From IMG/VR virus record IMGVR_UViG_3300002461_001191: DNA of 64,000 nucleotides. One strand, written 5' to 3'. Of this stretch, positions 15,984 through 26,213 are shown one piece after another. The position numbers and the translations under genes were made by a program. Origin of the DNA: a virus. Its lineage: Duplodnaviria > Heunggongvirae > Uroviricota > Caudoviricetes. Each line of letters opens with the position of its first letter. Positions within the stretch are counted from its first letter, which is position 1. The notes under the pieces are model-generated. The model made no database searches and had not been told where the DNA came from. It saw nothing but the letters and a program-made list of their open reading frames with translations.

Positions 15984-15996
15984 AAACTAAAATTAA

Positions 15997-17973
15997 TTAA
16001 ATGAGGTAAAGAAATTTGTGAATATTTTCACTTATTTCTTTAGTTCTTGAGTTTATGTCATCAATAGTAAAAAAATCTTGTTTTTGACATATTAATTCTA
16101 TTTGTTTTAATTGGTGTTTTTGTTTTTCATAAACATATTGTTTTTTCTTGATAAAAGTATTATTTTTTGCCTCTTCATTTGAAGTATCATCAAGTAAAAT
16201 AAAGTTTCCAAGTTGATTTAATTCACTTTTATTTAATTCTTTATATTTAGGATTAATTTGTATTAATTTTTTCTGCACTAATGGAATAATATGTTCAATT
16301 TGAATATTTTCTTTAATAGTTTGTTTAAAAATTGCTTGTTTTAATTGGTTAAAATCAACTTGAGATAGTGATAATTCATATAAATATAGAATTCCTTTTC
16401 TAACTTGTAAAAAATTATACTCTTTCCATTTTTCGTATATTTTGGTTTCATCTATTGGATTAAAAAATAGTTTTGTGCTAATAAATTTGATTATATCGTT
16501 ATTGGTTTTAACCTCTTGTAATAAGTCTGGGAAAACAGATATATTCATAATATTGTTGTTTATATAGTTGTTGTTTGCTCCATTGTAAACACCCATAAAA
16601 TAAATTTTAATAATATCTTGTAGTAGTTTTATAAATTTATTTTTTTCTATTTGTTCATTATTTTTAGGGTATAGTTCTAATAAAACAGGAGTGTAAAGAT
16701 CTAATAAGTCTAAGTGATCTAATATATATAAATAGATAGATGCCTCATGAAAGGGATCAGTAAAACCTTTAATTTGTTTATATATTATTTCAAATTGCTC
16801 TAATTGTTTGTAGAAATTTAATGTTTCGTTATTACTCCAAACGGTAGGATTGAGAACTGAATTGTTAAGGAAAGAAGTAAGTTTTTCTATGCTTACTATT
16901 TTCTCGTTTTTGAAAATGCTTGTATTTGTTATTTTAAAAACAGACATAACATATCTATCAAGATTGTCTTCACCAAGATTTGTTTTCAATTGTTTAAAAA
17001 AATCATTAACTTTTTGACCATTATCTGTTCCGTCTTCTGCTAATATAAAGGTATTTTTAATTAAATCGATAGGCTTTAGTGTTTTCCCTGTATTATTTTT
17101 ATTTTGAAATATAATTGATGGATTAATTTTTGAACTAAATACTTCTATAGTAATAAGAGTATTAAAAAAACTATCTATAACGTTACTAAAATCTTTTAAA
17201 GATTCCTTTGAAATGTACAATTTATGGTTGTAATCATATACTATGTTTAATTTTTTATGAAAAAAATGAAATATACAAACTAAAGCTTCTAGTGTATGTT
17301 TAAAAGATTGTATATCTTTTTTAATATCCTTATTTTTATAATATAATATATTTAGTATTTCTGTATATGTTTGTTTCTTGTTTTTATTTTGACATAATAT
17401 ATTAAATATGTTTTCTCTGTTTTTTATGAGAGAGCAATAAAATTCATTATATTGAGTTGAGTTTATAAATTTAAGCTTTGATACTTCTTCACCGTTTTTG
17501 TTGTTAACTAAAACATTATTTAAAGAGTTTAGTTTTATGTGTTCTTGTTTAAATTTAGAGTAAATCTCTTTTTTCCTTTTATCAATTGATAATGTTAAGG
17601 TCTTCTCAAAATTTTCTTCATTTAAAGATATTGTTTTTTGAAATAGAACCTCTAAAAATAGTGCTATCAAGCTCAATGTTGTTGTTCTTTGTTGTCCATC
17701 CATTATAGAAACTAAATTTTCTTTAACTGGTTGTAAGATTAGACTGCCAATTTCTGCATTAATGTATTCATTAGAAAAGTCATTTGATAAGTTCACATTA
17801 AAAATAGTGTCTAAAAGTTTATGAACATGCTTATGTTCCCATTCATACTCTCTTTGGTAGTACTGCATAACAAATTCTGGATTTTCTAAAGAAAATGCTT
17901 CTCCTGTCATGTAGTCTTTAATTTTCCTGACTTCAGCTTGTTTAATGTTTTTTTCATCTGTTAAAGATAGCAT
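15997..17973 (-). CDS. GmrSD-family type IV restriction endonuclease (DUF262 + DUF1524)
   Basis: N-terminal DUF262 with DGQQRTTTL motif; C-terminal His-Me finger IEHIIPL ... GNFILLDDTSNEEAKN. Confidence 0.75.
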   Translation of the reverse strand: MLSLTDEKNIKQAEVRKIKDYMTGEAFSLENPEFVMQYYQREYEWEHKHVHKLLDTIFNVNLSNDFSNEYINAEIGSLILQPVKENLVSIMDGQQRTTTLSLIALFLEVLFQKTISLNEENFEKTLTLSIDKRKKEIYSKFKQEHIKLNSLNNVLVNNKNGEEVSKLKFINSTQYNEFYCSLIKNRENIFNILCQNKNKKQTYTEILNILYYKNKDIKKDIQSFKHTLEALVCIFHFFHKKLNIVYDYNHKLYISKESLKDFSNVIDSFFNTLITIEVFSSKINPSIIFQNKNNTGKTLKPIDLIKNTFILAEDGTDNGQKVNDFFKQLKTNLGEDNLDRYVMSVFKITNTSIFKNEKIVSIEKLTSFLNNSVLNPTVWSNNETLNFYKQLEQFEIIYKQIKGFTDPFHEASIYLYILDHLDLLDLYTPVLLELYPKNNEQIEKNKFIKLLQDIIKIYFMGVYNGANNNYINNNIMNISVFPDLLQEVKTNNDIIKFISTKLFFNPIDETKIYEKWKEYNFLQVRKGILYLYELSLSQVDFNQLKQAIFKQTIKENIQIEHIIPLVQKKLIQINPKYKELNKSELNQLGNFILLDDTSNEEAKNNTFIKKKQYVYEKQKHQLKQIELICQKQDFFTIDDINSRTKEISENIHKFLYLI

Positions 17974-18153
17974 TTTTCACCTTATATTTTTTTATTAATA
18001 TAAAAAATAAATTAAAAATCAATATAAAGTTAAATTATTCTATTTTCTCCAATCACAGATGGAAATACATCATATTAGTGATCAATTGAAAAAAGTCCAT
18101 TAAATCATTTAAAAAAATCTTTTTTTAAATTTTTCTTTTGGTAAGATAAATAG

Positions 18154-19005
18154 ATGAAATTATTTAAAGATAAATTGGAGTTTATGCAGTTTTGTATTCA
18201 ACTAAACAGCAGTGAAGTATTTGATTTTTATTTAAGTAAAAAATCTGATTTTCTATCAATAGAAAACGAAGAGTTTTTAGAAATGGTAGCAACAAAAATA
18301 AAGGGGCTTTCATTAGATAAAGATTATGCTAAATTTTGTGCAGACGTTTTAGATCAAAAGCCAAGGTTTTCAGAAAAAATTTATGAAAAAATCCTAGATA
18401 AAAACCAAAAACAAGCAAAAAAATTTTTTCTATCTCTTCTAAATTCCAGAGAATATGATTTTTTATTTAATTTATTAAGCAAGAAAGATTATTTATTTTT
18501 AGAAATATTAGAGCCTGAAATTTTCAAGAGTATACCAGACAATTATATAGTAAACCATTTTTGCTCTAAAAATGAAAATAAAGTATTGCATGAAACACAT
18601 TTTAATTTAATTGGTAAAATAATTGATAAATATACTGAAAACAGGTTAGATATTGCAAATGAAAAAGCAATGAGTTTAATTTTAAATCTTCAAGAAAAGG
18701 GAGTATCTATTAAAGGTGTTAACTTATTGCAATTATTTATGTTGTCTAAAACAAGAGATTATTTGCTACAAAACGAAGAAATGTTAAAAGATTTGTATGA
18801 AAATAGAGAATGGAAGAAAAATCACAATCTTTTTCAAACCTATAGGTATTATGATGACTGGGTCAATAGAGATAATCAGTTTTATATATCTATGATAGAG
18901 CAAAAAATAGAAAAAACTGTGGCTTGTCAATATCTTGATATAAGTATGAAAAAAGGTTCAGTTGATGATTTTGTGTTGGTTAATAAGAGTAGAGTAAAGA
19001 TTTAA
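18154..19005 (+). CDS. hypothetical protein
   Basis: 283 aa ORF, divergent from GmrSD gene. Confidence 0.4.
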   Translation: MKLFKDKLEFMQFCIQLNSSEVFDFYLSKKSDFLSIENEEFLEMVATKIKGLSLDKDYAKFCADVLDQKPRFSEKIYEKILDKNQKQAKKFFLSLLNSREYDFLFNLLSKKDYLFLEILEPEIFKSIPDNYIVNHFCSKNENKVLHETHFNLIGKIIDKYTENRLDIANEKAMSLILNLQEKGVSIKGVNLLQLFMLSKTRDYLLQNEEMLKDLYENREWKKNHNLFQTYRYYDDWVNRDNQFYISMIEQKIEKTVACQYLDISMKKGSVDDFVLVNKSRVKI

Positions 19006-19014
19006 GAAGAGGTT

Positions 19015-20139
19015 TTGATGAGTAAAGTATTGGTAAGAGTTCAAAATAGTTTTATAGGAATTTCTAAAAAAAATGATCAGTTGTGTATTAAGCGAGTTGG
19101 TGATACAACGAGAAACACAATACATTTTTCAGTCAATGGTGCAGTTTCTTCCCATGAGATGGGTAGTTGGGATGATTGTGGAGTTGTCATTATTTGTAGG
19201 CCAGATGAAATGGAGGCACCAGTCTCTGGTGTAAGACTAGAAGATACTTGGCTTCATTGTGGAAATAATGGATTGATTTTAGGTAAGTCAGCGATTATTT
19301 TAGCCCCCTCTAATATGGATATACCAACAGAATTAAGAGATAAAGTTATTCCCTATGATTCTTCAGATGATATTTTAGCTTCAAGAGCAAAAGCAATTGA
19401 TAAAGCTTTAGATGACTTCAAGGTAGATCAAAAATATAAAATAGGTAGAAATGGTGTGGTTGGTATGGAAATGACTCAATACTTAAAAGAAGCTGAGAGT
19501 TTAAAGTATTTGTTTAATTCAAGAACATCTAATGTAACTACAAATATACATATGAATAGTTTGGATAATGCAGTGGAAGACTGTCTAAAAGCTATAAAAT
19601 CAAGAATAACATCCATAAAAACTGAAGGTGATTTACAAATAATTGATGGGATAACTGTATCTCAAAGTCAAAAAACCATGGAGTTTATAGATGAGTCATT
19701 AAGGAATATTGATATTTCACAGAATAGTCTTAATGGTTATGCAAGTGATTATTTTGAAAATTTAAGATCATTGGTCAATAATGAAAAAAATGCTCTTAAA
19801 GAAATAATGGTTGAATTAGAAGAAGAAAATAAAAAACCATTTAAAATTAAATTTTCTGAAAATAATTTATCTGAAAATATGAGTTATGAATCTGTTGTTG
19901 AGTTTATTAATCAAAATGTAAAAATGAATAAACCATTAGATGAAATAGATGTCATTGATATCAGGCTAAATGAAGGGGAAAAGGACAGAAATTTAGGCTC
20001 TTTTTCAGATGTATTTAGTGACGAAATTAGATCTGCAAAAAGACTGATTACAAAAGACATAAGCAGTGTTGTGAAAAATATAGAAAACATACGAAATTCA
20101 AATTCTGACCAAACTAACGAATTCAAAAATAAAGTTTAA
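19015..20139 (+). CDS. hypothetical protein
   Basis: 374 aa ORF, 9-nt gap after previous gene (operon). Confidence 0.4.
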   Translation: MMSKVLVRVQNSFIGISKKNDQLCIKRVGDTTRNTIHFSVNGAVSSHEMGSWDDCGVVIICRPDEMEAPVSGVRLEDTWLHCGNNGLILGKSAIILAPSNMDIPTELRDKVIPYDSSDDILASRAKAIDKALDDFKVDQKYKIGRNGVVGMEMTQYLKEAESLKYLFNSRTSNVTTNIHMNSLDNAVEDCLKAIKSRITSIKTEGDLQIIDGITVSQSQKTMEFIDESLRNIDISQNSLNGYASDYFENLRSLVNNEKNALKEIMVELEEENKKPFKIKFSENNLSENMSYESVVEFINQNVKMNKPLDEIDVIDIRLNEGEKDRNLGSFSDVFSDEIRSAKRLITKDISSVVKNIENIRNSNSDQTNEFKNKV

Positions 20140-20147
20140 GTTTAAAT

Positions 20148-20687
20148 TTAAATTTTCATTTTTATTTTTGCAGGTTCTTGGATTTTTAGTTTGTTTTCCA
20201 TCTTAGCAACTTTTAACATAGGTTTTATTTCTTCTATATTAAAAAACCAAGTCCTTGCTGTACTATAAAGTTTGGGTTTTTTAATGATTTTTTGTAAAAA
20301 TAGAATGGCTAATTCTTGATTGATTTTATGTTTAGCCCAAAAATTGGAGAAGTCTTTGTGTGTGATATCAAATAAATATTTCGCTCTGTCTGTTGCATCA
20401 TGACTCTCTAAAGCTTTGTGATATTTGTTTAGTTTGTATTCAAGTTTTTCACACAAAAATTTGTTGTCATCTTTATATACATCTTCAATGAAGTTAATTG
20501 CTTCTTGTCTCCATGAATATTCTTTTTTTCGTTCATTTTTTCTAGCCAATCTGTTTGCTATCGAAAATTCGCTGGGCATATCTGTTAATGAGTTCTTCAT
20601 ATTTAATTCTATGAGCTTTTGCTCAAGAGAGGAAAGCGATATGCTCAGTCTATCTGCTAGTGTTTCATTTGTCATGGAGATTTTCAT
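20148..20687 (-). CDS. hypothetical protein (possible N-terminal HTH)
   Basis: 179 aa ORF. Confidence 0.35.
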   Translation of the reverse strand: MKISMTNETLADRLSISLSSLEQKLIELNMKNSLTDMPSEFSIANRLARKNERKKEYSWRQEAINFIEDVYKDDNKFLCEKLEYKLNKYHKALESHDATDRAKYLFDITHKDFSNFWAKHKINQELAILFLQKIIKKPKLYSTARTWFFNIEEIKPMLKVAKMENKLKIQEPAKIKMKI

Positions 20688-20778
20688 GTTCTCATTTTAG
20701 TTGAATCTTTGTTCAAGTCAATTTATGATTTTTTTCTTCTATATTTGATTTTCATTTTTTTTCATTCAAACTATCAAA

Positions 20779-21099
20779 ATGACACTTATCTACAATATTT
20801 TATTTTGGATTTTCTCTATTCTAGGATTTTTATCTTTGGGTCCACTTATTATGTCTCCTATGATGATGGTATCCATAGACAAAAAAACGAAGAGTCCTAT
20901 GAGGTATTTTTTCTGGATTATCATCACATTCCCATTCCTGTGTTTAGGATCTATAATTTTAGGTAGATATTTGTTCAATGAAATAAATCAGTTATATGGA
21001 ATTATTGTCATGTTAATTCCAACTGTTCATATTGTGTTTGCTGTGTTGATTCTCAATAAAGAAACTGAATCAGCAAACAAGATAAAAAATAATCAATAA
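20779..21099 (+). CDS. hypothetical membrane protein
   Basis: 106 aa, 3 hydrophobic helices. Confidence 0.35.
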   Translation: MTLIYNILFWIFSILGFLSLGPLIMSPMMMVSIDKKTKSPMRYFFWIIITFPFLCLGSIILGRYLFNEINQLYGIIVMLIPTVHIVFAVLILNKETESANKIKNNQ

Positions 21100-21149
21100 T
21101 TTAGACTTTTATTTGTATTTTTGTTAGAATATTTAAATCTTCTAAAGGA

Positions 21150-21872
21150 GTGGTTATGTCAAACTCAGTTAAATTGCCGTTGAAAAAAGATATCACATTA
21201 GATAGTTTTCAAGTTTCACCTATTGTATTTAATAGGAATAAATTAGATAGTGTAGCTGCCTTTTACGACATAAGTCATGAAGCAGAAAAATCATTGAAAA
21301 ATTTTCAGGATAAATTAGACCATTTAAGTGAACAATTTAAAAACAATCAGATTGATATGTCTCAATATGTTAAGGAGCTTGAGTCAATCAATAACGATTC
21401 ATCAAAAACTGATATCAAAATAAGTATGAATAGAAGTGGTAAATTTATAGTCTCAGTTGAGGCTGAATTAAAGTTGGAGTATCAAACAGATAAGCAAATT
21501 GCAGCAAGTGTAAAGGCGGGCAAGTTTGTTGAGAAAAAAGTAAATCAAAAACAATACTTGTATGTTGTTGTTTGGGAAGAGTCTGAGCGCGGTTGGGACG
21601 TCAGACCTGATGGTTGCTCAGCACACTTATCAGAGAAAGCTGCTATGGATTTTATAAAGAAACAGCAAGACTCTTTACCTAAAGGCTATGTACCAGATGA
21701 GTATTCAAGACCATCAGGAAAACCTCATTTGGTAGAGGTTTCAAAAAGTCTATATGACTATGTTGTTTCAAAAGGTGAAGCTAAAGCTGATACTTGGTTG
21801 AATGTGAACAACCCTAAAGACTTGGTTAATTTTGACGCTTCAAGTCTAGGTAAGAAGATACCTTCCATTTAA
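21150..21872 (+). CDS. hypothetical protein
   Basis: 240 aa ORF with AAAGGAG RBS. Confidence 0.45.
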   Translation: MVMSNSVKLPLKKDITLDSFQVSPIVFNRNKLDSVAAFYDISHEAEKSLKNFQDKLDHLSEQFKNNQIDMSQYVKELESINNDSSKTDIKISMNRSGKFIVSVEAELKLEYQTDKQIAASVKAGKFVEKKVNQKQYLYVVVWEESERGWDVRPDGCSAHLSEKAAMDFIKKQQDSLPKGYVPDEYSRPSGKPHLVEVSKSLYDYVVSKGEAKADTWLNVNNPKDLVNFDASSLGKKIPSI

Positions 21873-21899
21873 TAATGAAATTTTTATAAAATACTTGAA

Positions 21900-21926
21900 T
21901 ACTTAGTTGACTTTTACAACTAAGTA
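21900..21926. promoter_or_regulatory. NAD-gene operator copy 2, inside pncA promoter (TTGACT 21907-21912)
   Basis: 27-mer identical to 986-1012. Confidence 0.65.
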
Positions 21927-21959
21927 TGGCATAATTAAATCATATTAAAGGAGAACACT

Positions 21960-22757
21960 ATGAAAAACGCTTTACTACTTATTGACTTCCAAAACGACTT
22001 TATTGACGCACCATCTTTTCGAGGTGCATTGGCTGTGAGTGGTGCTTATCAGGATGTGTTGAGAACTGTGCAATACATCAAGAGCAATCAAATTGATGAT
22101 ATTTTTGTCACTGTAGATACTCACAGTGTCATGGATATTGCTCATGCTTCATGGTGGGTTGATAAAGAGGGTAAGCACCCAAGTCCATTTACTCTTATCA
22201 CTGTGGATGATGTTGTGAGTGGTAAGTGGATGACAGCAGATCCTAAAGAGCAGGAGTGGAGTTTGTTTTATGTCAAAGAATTGGCAAAGAACAACAAATA
22301 TACTTTGTGTGTTTGGCCAGATCATTGCATTAAGGGGTCTTATGGTTGGGATATTGCTCCAGAAATTAAAGAAGCATTGAAAGATTGGGAGTTGAGTACT
22401 GGAAAGTCTGTCAACTATGTGTACAAGGGCATGAACCCAAGGACTGAGCACTACTCTGGTTTTAAGGCTGAAGTCTTGGTTGAGTCAGACGCTGGAACTG
22501 AATTGAACATGGATTTGATCAAGTCTTTAATGAAGTATGATAGGGTCAGTGTTGCAGGAGAGGCTTTGTCTCATTGTGTTGCGTCTTCAGTGACTGATTT
22601 GCTGGAAAATATTTCTGACAAATCAAAAGTCACAATCTTGAAAGATTGCATGAGCAGTGTTACAGGCTTTGAAGCTAACGGAGAGAAGTTCTTGGATTGG
22701 GCAAAGTCTCAAGGTGCAGTTCTTGAAACTGTAGGTAAAATGAAATTAAAAATGTAA
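21960..22757 (+). CDS. pncA: nicotinamidase (isochorismatase family, Pnc1/PncA type)
   Basis: LLLIDFQNDFI, metal/active-site region VDTHS, WPDHCIKGSYG, C-terminal Cys region SHCVASS. Confidence 0.7.
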   Translation: MKNALLLIDFQNDFIDAPSFRGALAVSGAYQDVLRTVQYIKSNQIDDIFVTVDTHSVMDIAHASWWVDKEGKHPSPFTLITVDDVVSGKWMTADPKEQEWSLFYVKELAKNNKYTLCVWPDHCIKGSYGWDIAPEIKEALKDWELSTGKSVNYVYKGMNPRTEHYSGFKAEVLVESDAGTELNMDLIKSLMKYDRVSVAGEALSHCVASSVTDLLENISDKSKVTILKDCMSSVTGFEANGEKFLDWAKSQGAVLETVGKMKLKM

Positions 22758-22862
22758 TTCTATATTTCATGAAATATAAGAGATCCCTGTGGATGAAAAT
22801 TCATGGGGATTTTTGTTTTATTTTTTCGTTTTGATATAATAAGTAATAAAGGAATTTTAAAA

Positions 22863-23441
22863 ATGGAAAACTTCATACTTCAAGAGCATAAAAGTGATAA
22901 ATACGGTCCCAGAACATATCATAATGCCAACTCTGCGGATTTGACTGTTGCCTTTGCTGTTGATTTGCATACTGCGGGTGAGGTTTTGACACACAAAGCA
23001 GCAGGAGATAGATATATAGGTTTTCAGTTGACAGATGAGACAACTTCTCTTGAATTGGCTAGACAACTTTATAGAAAAATGAAGTCCATGAATGCAAAAA
23101 GTTTGAACATAGCAGGCAATGGGATATACACACTATCAAAACACAATTGCTCTCAACAATTTATCAACGAATTTGTTTATGATGTTTTATCCAGAGTTCA
23201 TGAGCATTTACCTATAGAGAAAATTGTCTCTGGGGGTCAAACAGGTGTAGATATAGCAGGTGCTGTAGCAGCAAAGAAGCTCAATATTCCTGCTGTAATT
23301 ACATTTCCTAAAGGTTTTATGCAAAGATTTGAAGATAAAAGAGATATATTTCAAACAAAAGAAGCAGTAGAAGAACAAATAAATTATTGGGTGAATGCTC
23401 TTGTGCCTAGTAATGAAAGAAAAGCTAAAAATACAATTTAA
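22863..23441 (+). CDS. SLOG-superfamily protein (YpsA / molybdenum-cofactor-carrier-like)
   Basis: SGGQTGVDIAGAVAAKKLNIPAVITFPKGF matches GGQTGxD ... CPKG signature of MoCo-carrier/YpsA clade; start re-set to Met 21 of the ORF-track ORF. Confidence 0.45.
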   Translation: MENFILQEHKSDKYGPRTYHNANSADLTVAFAVDLHTAGEVLTHKAAGDRYIGFQLTDETTSLELARQLYRKMKSMNAKSLNIAGNGIYTLSKHNCSQQFINEFVYDVLSRVHEHLPIEKIVSGGQTGVDIAGAVAAKKLNIPAVITFPKGFMQRFEDKRDIFQTKEAVEEQINYWVNALVPSNERKAKNTI

Positions 23442-23686
23442 TCTTGACATTTAAGAAAAATACCTTAATTTTTTTATATAACTATTAGGGGTTAAAAAAT
23501 GTTAAATAAAGATTTAGATGAAATGTGTGTAAATTTAGCTCAGGCAGTTGCAAAACATTCCTTAGAAAGATCAGGGCAGATTAATGATTATGATATAGGG
23601 TGCTGGATTAAAGATGAAAATGGCAATAATAAAAGAGTAAGAATTATGTTCTATTTTCTAGAGGCAAAGTCAAATAATCAATCTAC

Positions 23687-24007
23687 TTAACTAGAGTATT
23701 CCACAAAATCTCTTGTGCCAATTTTGCCAACACTAATAAATGCTTGATGTTTAACCTTACCAAAAGGTATGAGGTTGAAGTACGGGACTATGTTTTTCAC
23801 ATAATTGATTCTTTTTAAGCATTCTACTTGTATTTCATTGGAGTAGATAATCAAAAATCCATTGATAATGTCTATTTCTGTGACATCAATACCTAACTTA
23901 TCAAAATAATGTGCCCATACAACAGAGTCATCAGCACTGCTGTTGAATGTAACTATATATCTAGATCCTCTTTTGAGTTGATGTTTTTGCAAATCATTGG
24001 TCATCAT
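23687..24007 (-). CDS. hypothetical protein
   Basis: 106 aa ORF. Confidence 0.3.
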   Translation of the reverse strand: MMTNDLQKHQLKRGSRYIVTFNSSADDSVVWAHYFDKLGIDVTEIDIINGFLIIYSNEIQVECLKRINYVKNIVPYFNLIPFGKVKHQAFISVGKIGTRDFVEYSS

Positions 24008-24035
24008 ATTGATTTATATGAAAAAGTTTGAAAAA

Positions 24036-25133
24036 TCAAATTTTAATTTTTGTTTTTTTATCAGTTAGAAAATTCTCGCTTAATTGTAATTCTAAAAGTC
24101 TACTTTTAAGACATGTTTTCATCTGTTCACATTTTGTGATAATTTTAGGATCTGTTTTCTTTGTGTTTTCAGTTTTCAAGTCTAACAGATCCATAATGAG
24201 GTTAATTTGCCATTGATGTCTTAATTCCTCAGAAAAGTATTGATTTATATTTTTCTTTTGTCCGTAAACATTAAAATATTCATCATCTGTGCTTTTAATT
24301 ACCTTGTTGTAAATCGTTTTAGAAAAATGAGTAAGAGGCAATATGTCTTTAAGGGTCAGTGGTGTTGGGTCATCCAAAGAGATCATCAGTGTTGGATCAT
24401 TATCCCTGACTTTATATCTTTTTTTATCAAGAATGATTTTATCAAAATCAACTATATTGAGAATTTTAAACAATGACTCATCTGGTGGTCTTAGTTTATT
24501 TGGTAGTATATGTTGAGCTATATAAGCATAGTCATATTGATGATTTTTATGTGTTTCAAGAATTTCAGGAATACTTGAGTTTTCTCTTGAATCAAGGTGA
24601 AGTTCATAAAGAAAAATATCTTCTATTTTAACTTCAATGAGTTTGTCCTTTTCTTCCAAATACCTGTTATATGCATAAATACCTTGCTTTTGGAATGCTT
24701 TAAGTATTTGTGCTTTCTGATATTCAGCTTTGGTATGGATTCCACTAGCGAAAAATTCTTTAGCTGTTTCTTGATCTGAACATAAATAAAGAGATAGGTT
24801 TTTTTCTGTAAAAAAATCTTCACAAGTTTTAATGGGTTTGCCTCTTAGGCAATCTACATAATTAGAAAATGATTCTTGATAGGTTGAAACATCACTGGGT
24901 TTGTTTTCAGCGATTGAGATTAAATCATCAAGTACACTTTGATGAAATGCAAAGTTACCATTTTTACCTTTATGATCTGCTCCAAAAGTTGTGATTGAGT
25001 TGGGTATTTTTCTAAAATAAGATTGATTATCGATGTGGACATTCAAATCCTCAAACAACTGTTCAAGCGATACCACTCCCTTTTTTGAGGGAAGGAGTGA
25101 TTTTCTCTTTCTTATAATATTTGTAGAACTCAT
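24036..25133 (-). CDS. hypothetical protein (last gene of mnmG operon)
   Basis: 365 aa; start overlaps stop of upstream gene by 4 nt. Confidence 0.45.
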   Translation of the reverse strand: MSSTNIIRKRKSLLPSKKGVVSLEQLFEDLNVHIDNQSYFRKIPNSITTFGADHKGKNGNFAFHQSVLDDLISIAENKPSDVSTYQESFSNYVDCLRGKPIKTCEDFFTEKNLSLYLCSDQETAKEFFASGIHTKAEYQKAQILKAFQKQGIYAYNRYLEEKDKLIEVKIEDIFLYELHLDSRENSSIPEILETHKNHQYDYAYIAQHILPNKLRPPDESLFKILNIVDFDKIILDKKRYKVRDNDPTLMISLDDPTPLTLKDILPLTHFSKTIYNKVIKSTDDEYFNVYGQKKNINQYFSEELRHQWQINLIMDLLDLKTENTKKTDPKIITKCEQMKTCLKSRLLELQLSENFLTDKKTKIKI

Positions 25134-26212
25134 ATTTTAGCTTTCATATATGAACTATTTGTTTTATCTATTACTTTTAATGCAAGAAGCTCAGAATTGA
25201 TAAATGGTGTTATTAAAGTATCTATTTTCATGGTTTTGCTAGACTCTTCATTGAGGATAAAATCAATTGATTTTTTCATCAATGTATTTAGTTTTTCTAT
25301 TTCTTCGTCTTTTTTAGATATATCCTCTAAATTAAATTTAAACAATATCTTTTGACTGTCATGAGTAATTAGGTTTAAACTCTTGAATGGATTATTCGTG
25401 TTGTTCAATATTGCTTCAACTGTGTCAATCAATATCATATTGCTAGAGAGTGTTAACTGATTTTTCACTGCTCTATGACTAAAGTATTTTTCAAACTTTT
25501 CTCTATCCCACGATACAAGAGCAAAATCCTGAGTTTTATCAATGAATTCTATATTTTCTAAATCAATATAGTCTTTAATGTATGGAAATTTATCTGCAAA
25601 TTCCAGCGCCTGCTTATGCTCTTTTGCTACAATCAATATGAATTTAACTTTTTCTTCTTCTGACATTAAATTGTTAGGATTGTTCAGTAGAGAGTCTGCA
25701 ATAGTAATTCTGTGAGCATTATCCATTTTTTTCATTTTGTTTTTAATGCTTGATAGGTATTTGTAGTTTTTATTATGTGTCAGAACATTATTGATAACAT
25801 AGTTGTTCATGGTTTTATCTTTTTCTAAAAATTCAAGATCAAGTTTCAAATCATTATTTAAAACGACTTTGTTTAATGTTGCGATAGCATTCTCTCTATT
25901 GGTTGTAGAGTTGTCTAAGTATATTCTATTGAATATATACCCAAGTGATTCGTAATCATTCTGATTTTTTGTATCTATCATTTTCAATTTTAATTCTTTA
26001 ACAAATATGTTAAGGGTTTTTTCATTGTTGAATTGAATGCATAATTTCTCAATATCTTTAGGGTTTAAAAAGTTAGGATGAAGATCTTCTGCATGCTTGT
26101 TGTCTTCAACAATCCATGCGTCAGTCAGTGAAGATATGAACAGCTTAGATTTTAATGTACTGTTAAGAAAAAAATCTTCTAAATGTTTTAAGTTTTTAAC
26201 TAAATTCTGCAT
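25130..26212 (-). CDS. hypothetical protein (second gene of mnmG operon)
   Basis: 360 aa; its ATG overlaps the mnmG stop. Confidence 0.45.
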   Translation of the reverse strand: MQNLVKNLKHLEDFFLNSTLKSKLFISSLTDAWIVEDNKHAEDLHPNFLNPKDIEKLCIQFNNEKTLNIFVKELKLKMIDTKNQNDYESLGYIFNRIYLDNSTTNRENAIATLNKVVLNNDLKLDLEFLEKDKTMNNYVINNVLTHNKNYKYLSSIKNKMKKMDNAHRITIADSLLNNPNNLMSEEEKVKFILIVAKEHKQALEFADKFPYIKDYIDLENIEFIDKTQDFALVSWDREKFEKYFSHRAVKNQLTLSSNMILIDTVEAILNNTNNPFKSLNLITHDSQKILFKFNLEDISKKDEEIEKLNTLMKKSIDFILNEESSKTMKIDTLITPFINSELLALKVIDKTNSSYMKAKI

Positions 26213-26213
26213 T

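Noticed and set aside
22803-22862. N-terminal 20 codons of ORF 22803-23441
   Set aside because: A hydrophobic low-complexity extension with no RBS; the internal Met at 22863 is the more plausible start.
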